A stretch of 64,000 nt of DNA from an uncultured Clostridia bacterium (GTDB lineage Bacteria > Bacillota > Clostridia > Oscillospirales > SIG627). Below are positions 58,269 through 64,000 of this stretch, piece after piece (position 1 is the stretch's first letter; each line of letters opens with the position of its first letter). Both the position numbers and the translations under genes were made by a program. The stretch is taken from the NCBI GenBank assembly GCA_947589595.1, contig CANQBV010000005.1:22602-86601 (forward strand), read 5' to 3'. The notes under the pieces are model-generated. The model saw only the letters and a program-made list of their open reading frames with translations, was not told the origin of the DNA and did not search any database.

Positions 58269-60120
58269 AAAAGGGATCTCATTTTTCCTGCTTCTGCTTG
58301 CAGTTTGTCTTTTGCTGGCCAGTCCAATGCCGGCCTTTGCCGCCGGGAAAGACGATACCCAAACAAAAGCGCAAAGCCTGTATGAGGAGCTGCTTTCCTA
58401 TAAACTGAAAGCTGCCGGAAATTCCTCTGTACAGGAATGGATCTCCGGTCAGCTATCTGCCGAAGCCGGTATTACCGCGGAGTGGTATGTTTTTGCACTG
58501 AGCCAAAATGGCAATTATAACTTTTCAGCTTATCAAAGCGCGCTGAGTCATTATCTATCCAAAAACACGGTTTACGCAGCGACTACTCGGCAAAAATATG
58601 CGCTTGCTTTTATTGCTGCCGGAAGCCGCGACTCCTATATTACCAGTGTTATGGAGGATTCGATCGGCCAGCAGGGCGTCATGAGCTGGATATATGGGCT
58701 GCATTTATGCAACAATGGTTACACCAGCAGCAAAATTACGGCGGAAGAAATCAAGCAAAAACTTTTGTCTCTGCAGCTTTCCGACGGCGGCTGGCTGGTT
58801 ACCGGAACCGCCGGAAACGGCGATCCCGATGTAACCGCTATGACACTGCAGGCGCTGGCGCCGTACTATCAAAAGGATGCACAAGTAAAAAATGCCATTG
58901 ACCGTGCTCTTTTGCTTTTGTCCGAAAGACAGCTTGCAGATGGGGATTTTTCCGATATCAGAGCCCTTCCGAACTGCGAGACGACCGCACAGGTCATCAC
59001 CGCACTTTCTGCGCTCGGCATTGATTTTGAGAAGGATGCCCGGTTTATCAAAAACGGCCACACCTTGCTGGATGGGATACGTAAATACCACTTAGCGGAC
59101 GGCAGTTTTTGCCATACAATTGGCGGCTCTGCCAATGAATCGGCATCTTCGCAAGCGTTTTATGCGCTCGTGGCGGCTATTCGCATGACAAAAGATCAGG
59201 GCAGCCCTTACGTCTTTGATCATCGGAATCCCCCGGCACAACAACCACCGCAGGCAACAAAAACGCCGCCGGTTTCCGCAAAACCCCAGCAAAATACTCA
59301 AACGCCGGCTGCAACAAAGGCAGAGGAACAGCCATTGCCTCTACCCTCCCAGAATGCGACTTCTGAAAACATTTCTCCAAGCGCTGCCCTTCCCATGGAG
59401 CCCGAATCCTCAGAAATACCGGATTCAGAAGAAGCGCCTGTAGAAACAGAAGCTTTGTCGCGAGTCGAACCGGGCAAAGAGCATGCCGGCTATAAAGTTT
59501 GGGTCTCACTGGGAATCATTGCAATTGCCTGCGGAATTACCGTCTTTTTGGTGCTTGCAAAAAAGCGCGGCCGCAAGGATCTGATCTTCATCTGGATCAT
59601 CGCCGCTGTTGCCGTGCTGATCGTTATTCTCACCGACTTTCAAAGTACGGAAAGCTATTACCAAACAGAGCCCGCTGAAACTTCCAATGCTATCGGAACG
59701 GTCATGATCAGCATTCACTGCGATGCGGTACTAGAACATTTGGATCAGTTGGACCCGGCGCTGCGTTCGGAAGAATGGATTCCGGCAGACGGTGTGATCC
59801 TGGCTGAAACTTCAGTCGATCTTTTTGAAAACGACAGTGTATATGACGTTTTAGAACGGGTCTCCAAGCGTTATAAAATACCAATCGATGCCCAGGGGGA
59901 CGGCGCCGCTTTCGGAAATGTATACATTCAGGGAATTCAGCACCTCTATCAGTTTTCCTGCGGTGAGCTTTCCGGCTGGATGTACTACGTGAACGGGGAG
60001 TTTTCTTCCGAAAGCTGCTCACAGTATATTCTGCAAAACGATGACAGTATTGAATGGGTTTATACCTGCGATCTCGGTCAGGACATCGAAAGAGACGTCG
60101 GTGAAGGAGCACAAAATTGA
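58261..60120 (+). CDS. Prenyltransferase/squalene-oxidase-repeat barrel + two TM + DUF4430 (transcobalamin-like) protein
   Basis: QLSDGGW, QLADGDF, HLADGSF repeats; Pro-rich linker; SGWMYYVNG..IEWVYTCDLG. Confidence 0.8.
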   Translation: MNKKGISFFLLLLAVCLLLASPMPAFAAGKDDTQTKAQSLYEELLSYKLKAAGNSSVQEWISGQLSAEAGITAEWYVFALSQNGNYNFSAYQSALSHYLSKNTVYAATTRQKYALAFIAAGSRDSYITSVMEDSIGQQGVMSWIYGLHLCNNGYTSSKITAEEIKQKLLSLQLSDGGWLVTGTAGNGDPDVTAMTLQALAPYYQKDAQVKNAIDRALLLLSERQLADGDFSDIRALPNCETTAQVITALSALGIDFEKDARFIKNGHTLLDGIRKYHLADGSFCHTIGGSANESASSQAFYALVAAIRMTKDQGSPYVFDHRNPPAQQPPQATKTPPVSAKPQQNTQTPAATKAEEQPLPLPSQNATSENISPSAALPMEPESSEIPDSEEAPVETEALSRVEPGKEHAGYKVWVSLGIIAIACGITVFLVLAKKRGRKDLIFIWIIAAVAVLIVILTDFQSTESYYQTEPAETSNAIGTVMISIHCDAVLEHLDQLDPALRSEEWIPADGVILAETSVDLFENDSVYDVLERVSKRYKIPIDAQGDGAAFGNVYIQGIQHLYQFSCGELSGWMYYVNGEFSSESCSQYILQNDDSIEWVYTCDLGQDIERDVGEGAQN

Positions 60121-60674
60121 AATCGTTTGAAAGCTATCATCCGTTTTCCCTCTTCGTGTATTTCCTTTTTCTTCTGCTTGCCGCGATGTTTCTTTCCAAC
60201 CCCGTGATCGCAGTCATCACGCTTTTAGGCGGCCTTCTGGCGCGAAAATCTTTGCAGATAAAAGCCAAATCCTTTTCAGAAGTTATTTTCTATTGGCTGC
60301 TGCTGATTTTGATCGCCCTTACCAACCCGCTTTTTTCCCATAACGGCGCTACCGTTTTATTCTTTCTGAACCGAGCTCCCATTACGCTGGAAGCGCTCGT
60401 CTATGGAGTTGTGCTTGGCGTCACGGTAATCGGCGTGTTGTTCTGGTGCCAGTGTTATTCACGCGTCTTTACGAGCGATAAATCCCTGTATTTGTTTGGC
60501 CGAGTGATTCCAAAGCTCTCCCTGGTGCTGACCATGGCGCTTCGTTTTCTGCCGCTTTTAAAAAGGCAGGCAGAAAAAATCAGCATGGCGCAAAAGGCGA
60601 TGGGGCTATATTCTTCTGAAGGATTTGCAGACCGGGTTCGCGCCCATTTTCGGGTAATGACTGCGGTGCGGTGA
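60117..60674 (+). pseudogene. ECF transporter T component, C-terminally truncated
   Basis: YHP, LTNPLFSHNGAT, ITLEAL.YG, MALRFLP; ends before the second conserved ARG helix. Confidence 0.75.
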
Positions 60675-61093
60675 CCGCATTTGTGGTGATCGCGGCGCTG
60701 TATTTCGGTCCGGAAGCAGGATTTATTGTCGGAGCGCTGAGCGCTGTGATTTCAAATTTTTATTTCGGTCAGGGCCCATGGACGCCGTTTCAGATGGCGA
60801 CCTGGGGATTTCTTGGCCTGATCGCGGGAATATTTTCCGCGCCTTTGAAAAAAAACAGAATTCTTTTACTCCTCTACGGCGCTGTTTCCGGCGTTCTGTA
60901 TTCTTGCTTTATGGATCTGTGGACAGTGCTTTGGGCAGATGGAACCATTCTTCTTTCCCGCTATTTTGCGGCACTGATCAGCGGACTTCCTTTCACAGTT
61001 CTCTATGCGGTTTCCAATGTGGCGTTTCTGTTTTTCCTTGCAAAACCGATCGGTAAAATACTGGAGCGAATTCAAACAAAATACGGCCTATAA
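60671..61093 (+). pseudogene. ECF S component (CbrT-like), N-terminally truncated
   Basis: VTA..FGPEAGF.VG..SNFYFGQGPWTPFQM; no RBS and no N-terminal helices. Confidence 0.7.
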
Positions 61094-61128
61094 AAAAATC
61101 TCTCTTTGAAACCAAAGAGAGATTTTTT
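61093..61128. terminator. Bidirectional terminator
   Basis: AAAAAATCTCTCTTTG/CAAAGAGAGATTTTTT. Confidence 0.85.
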
Positions 61129-61141
61129 CATTCTTACAAGC

Positions 61142-64000
61142 TTATTTGAAATAGCGAACCGCAGATTCAAACATGCGGATATTGTAGTTTCCGGGAACGT
61201 TCCGATACAACCCGCTGCCAATTCGTTCACTGTGCCCCATTTTACCGAAAACTCTGCCGTCAGGCGAGGTAATCCCCTCAATCGCAAACATAGAATCATT
61301 GGGGTTAAAATGCACGTCTGCTGTGGCATTGCCGGTCAGGTCTACATATTGCGTGGCAATTTGCCCGTTGGTGGCCAATTTTCGGATCCAATCCTCACTG
61401 GCAAGGAAGCGTCCTTCGCCGTGCGAGATAGGTACCTGGTAGATTTCCCCGACACGGGTGAGCTGCAGCCACGGTGATTTGTTGGAAGCAATGCGGGTGC
61501 TTACTATGCGGGACTGATGGCGCGCAATGGTATTAAAGGTCAAGGTTGGGCAGGTTTCATCCGTATCGATAATTTTACCGAACGGAACAAGCCCCAGTTT
61601 GATCAGCGCCTGAAACCCGTTACAGATCCCGCACATCAAGCCGTCGCGTTTTTCCAAAAGCTCGGTGACGCCTTCTTTGACGGCCGCATTGCGGAAGAAA
61701 GCGGTAATAAATTTGCCGCTGCCGTCCGGTTCATCGCCGCCGGAAAAGCCGCCGGGAATGAAGATGATTTGCGATTCCTGGATCTTACGGGCGAATTCTT
61801 CCACACTCCGGGAAATTCCGGCAGAGGAAAGGTTATTGATTACCATGATCTCAGCCTCAGCGCCGGCGTCGGACACAGCTTTGGCGCTGTCGTATTCGCA
61901 GTTGGTGCCGGGAAAAGCAGGGATCAAAACCTTTGGCTTTGCCGTTTTTACTGCCGGGGCCGGGTAAGAAACAGCGGAATAAGAAAAGTTCTCAATGCGG
62001 GATTCTCTTGCGGGAATGTTGCAGCTATAAACGCTTTCAAGCTTATTCTCGTAAAGTTCCAGCACGGCATGGGTATCTAGACTTTCTTTGCCGTAAGTGA
62101 AAAGGCCGTCCTGCGTTACGGTACCAAGCAGTTTGCCGCAATCGGGCTGCTCTGCAACTTCTAAAAGGAAAGACGCGTAGTGATAGCCGAAAAGCTCGGA
62201 AAGACTGATATTTTCAAAGAAAGTAAAACCAAAATCATTACCGAACGCCATTTTCATAATCGCTTCCGCCACACCGCCGATTCCGGGCGTATAGCAGGAA
62301 ACCGCTTTTTTGCTCCGTAAAAGAGCGGTTACTTTTTCAATCGTCTGCAAAAGCGATTTGGTTTCCGGCAGACCGTTTTCATCGTATTCCGGCTCCAGCA
62401 TAACAACGCGGTTTCCTGCAGATTTGAATTCGGGAGAGACAATATCCTGCGTTTTCTGCGTGGTGACGGCAAAAGAAACCAACGTGGGCGGCACGTCCAG
62501 ATCTTCAAACGATCCGCTCATGGAATCTTTTCCGCCAATGGAAGCGACTTTGAGGTTTATCTGCGCTTTATAAGCGCCCAAAAGCGCCGCTAATGGCTTT
62601 CCCCAGCGCTTTCCGTCCCGACCGGGCTTTTCAAAGTATTCCTGGAAAGTCAGATAAACGTCTTCAAAATCCGCACCGGTCGCAATCAGCTTGCAAATCG
62701 ATTCCACCACGGCAAGATACGCGCCGTGGTAAGGACTCTTTTCGCTGATAAAGGGGTTGTAGCCCCAGGACATGAGCGAGCAATCATCAGTATGTTTTTT
62801 CTCAACCGAAATCTTCTGCACCATGGCCTGGATCGGCGTCAATTGCTTTTTGCCGCCAAACGGCATCAGTACAGTTCCGGCTCCGATCGTAGAGTCAAAG
62901 CGTTCGGAAAGACCGCGTTTGGAGCAAACATTCAAATCCGCAGCCATTTTTTTCAAATTTCCGGTAAAAGTACCGCTGACTTCTTTTTGGAAGGACTGCG
63001 GTTTTGCCGGCGTAATGGCAATGTGCTTTTCTGCGCCGTTGGAATTTAAAAACTCACGGCTGATATCGACAATTTTGTTGCCGTTCCAGCGCATCACCAA
63101 CCGCGGTTCGGCTTTGACAACCGCCACGGGGCTGGCATTCAGATTTTCGGCGTTTGCAAGCTTCAGGAAAGCCTCAACGTTCTCCTTTTCCACCACAACC
63201 GCCATTCTTTCCTGCGATTCACTGATGGCAAGCTCTGTGCCGTCCAAACCTTCGTATTTTTTTGGAACGGCATTCAAATCGATTTCCAGACCGTCCGCCA
63301 ATTCCCCAATGGCAACCGAAACACCGCCGGCGCCAAAATCGTTGCAGCGCTTGATCATGCGGCAAGCCGTTTTATTGCGGAATAGCCGCTGCAATTTTCT
63401 CTCTTCCGGTGCATTTCCTTTTTGCACTTCCGCACCGCAGGTTTCCACAGAGTGCGCGTTGTGGGCTTTTGAAGATCCGGTAGCACCGCCGATTCCGTCT
63501 CTGCCGGTGCTGCCGCCGAGAAGAATGACAACATCCCCCGGCGTTGGTACTTCGCGGCGCACATTTTCTGCGGGGGCGGCAGCAATGACCGCGCCGATCT
63601 CCATGCGCTTGGCCGCATAGCCGGGATGATAAAGCTCATCTACCATGCCGGTAGCAAGACCGATCTGGTTGCCGTAGGAGGAATACCCGGCGGCAGCCGT
63701 GGTAACCAGTTTTCTTTGCGGCAATTTTCCGGGGATCGTCGCGCTCACGGGAACGGTCGGGTCGGCCGCACCGGTAACGCGCATGGCACCGTAAACATAG
63801 GATCTGCCGGAGAGCGGATCGCGGATCGCACCGCCGATACAAGTGGCGGCGCCGCCGAAAGGCTCAATTTCCGTGGGGTGATTGTGCGTTTCGTTTTTGA
63901 AAAGCAGAAGCCACGGCTCCTTTTTCCCGTCCGCTTCCATTTCGATCTTAACCGTGCAGGCGTTGATTTCTTCGGATTCGTCCAGTTTCGGCAAAAGTCC
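61142..64000 (-). CDS. purL: Phosphoribosylformylglycinamidine synthase (fused type); 5' part outside the window
   Basis: ETHNHPTEIEPFGGA, DFGAGG, SESQERM, PGTNCE, GGFSGGD, GICNGFQ, KMGHSER. Confidence 0.96.
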   Translation of the reverse strand, partial: GLLPKLDESEEINACTVKIEMEADGKKEPWLLLFKNETHNHPTEIEPFGGAATCIGGAIRDPLSGRSYVYGAMRVTGAADPTVPVSATIPGKLPQRKLVTTAAAGYSSYGNQIGLATGMVDELYHPGYAAKRMEIGAVIAAAPAENVRREVPTPGDVVILLGGSTGRDGIGGATGSSKAHNAHSVETCGAEVQKGNAPEERKLQRLFRNKTACRMIKRCNDFGAGGVSVAIGELADGLEIDLNAVPKKYEGLDGTELAISESQERMAVVVEKENVEAFLKLANAENLNASPVAVVKAEPRLVMRWNGNKIVDISREFLNSNGAEKHIAITPAKPQSFQKEVSGTFTGNLKKMAADLNVCSKRGLSERFDSTIGAGTVLMPFGGKKQLTPIQAMVQKISVEKKHTDDCSLMSWGYNPFISEKSPYHGAYLAVVESICKLIATGADFEDVYLTFQEYFEKPGRDGKRWGKPLAALLGAYKAQINLKVASIGGKDSMSGSFEDLDVPPTLVSFAVTTQKTQDIVSPEFKSAGNRVVMLEPEYDENGLPETKSLLQTIEKVTALLRSKKAVSCYTPGIGGVAEAIMKMAFGNDFGFTFFENISLSELFGYHYASFLLEVAEQPDCGKLLGTVTQDGLFTYGKESLDTHAVLELYENKLESVYSCNIPARESRIENFSYSAVSYPAPAVKTAKPKVLIPAFPGTNCEYDSAKAVSDAGAEAEIMVINNLSSAGISRSVEEFARKIQESQIIFIPGGFSGGDEPDGSGKFITAFFRNAAVKEGVTELLEKRDGLMCGICNGFQALIKLGLVPFGKIIDTDETCPTLTFNTIARHQSRIVSTRIASNKSPWLQLTRVGEIYQVPISHGEGRFLASEDWIRKLATNGQIATQYVDLTGNATADVHFNPNDSMFAIEGITSPDGRVFGKMGHSERIGSGLYRNVPGNYNIRMFESAVRYFK

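Noticed and set aside
1-64000. CRISPR arrays, tRNA/rRNA genes, IS elements, prophage
   Set aside because: No repeat-spacer pattern, tRNA motifs, transposase, integrase or phage genes recognised

Overview
Chromosomal window of a spore-forming Clostridia bacterium (probably Oscillospiraceae/Acutalibacteraceae-like; taxonomy is an inference). It is mostly housekeeping: pcrA, ispD/ispF, valS, murD, rnpB (RNase P RNA), ireB, prfA, sua5, coaE, prfB, glnS/gltX and the 3' part of purL. It also carries spoVAC-AD-AE, a Na+-translocating decarboxylase operon, an MBOAT/DHHW O-acetylation cluster, a 2300-aa cyclic beta-1,2-glucan synthase-like gene and a cobalamin-riboswitch B12-uptake operon with an internal deletion. 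I found no mobile element, prophage or CRISPR array. Main observations: (1) at three sporulation-sigma promoters the -35/-10 spacer is complementary to the downstream Shine-Dalgarno and the -10 box lies in the hairpin loop, which could silence read-through transcripts; (2) a ~550-nt, densely base-paired intergenic stretch upstream of spoVA that looks like an unassigned large ncRNA; (3) an intact 1394-aa DUF4011-helicase-family protein whose catalytic motifs are all degenerate; (4) a candidate leader-peptide attenuator in place of a T-box at valS; (5) a sigma-G-type promoter in front of the glucan synthase; (6) a transcobalamin-like surface protein. All calls come from motifs read by eye; no database search or folding program was run.
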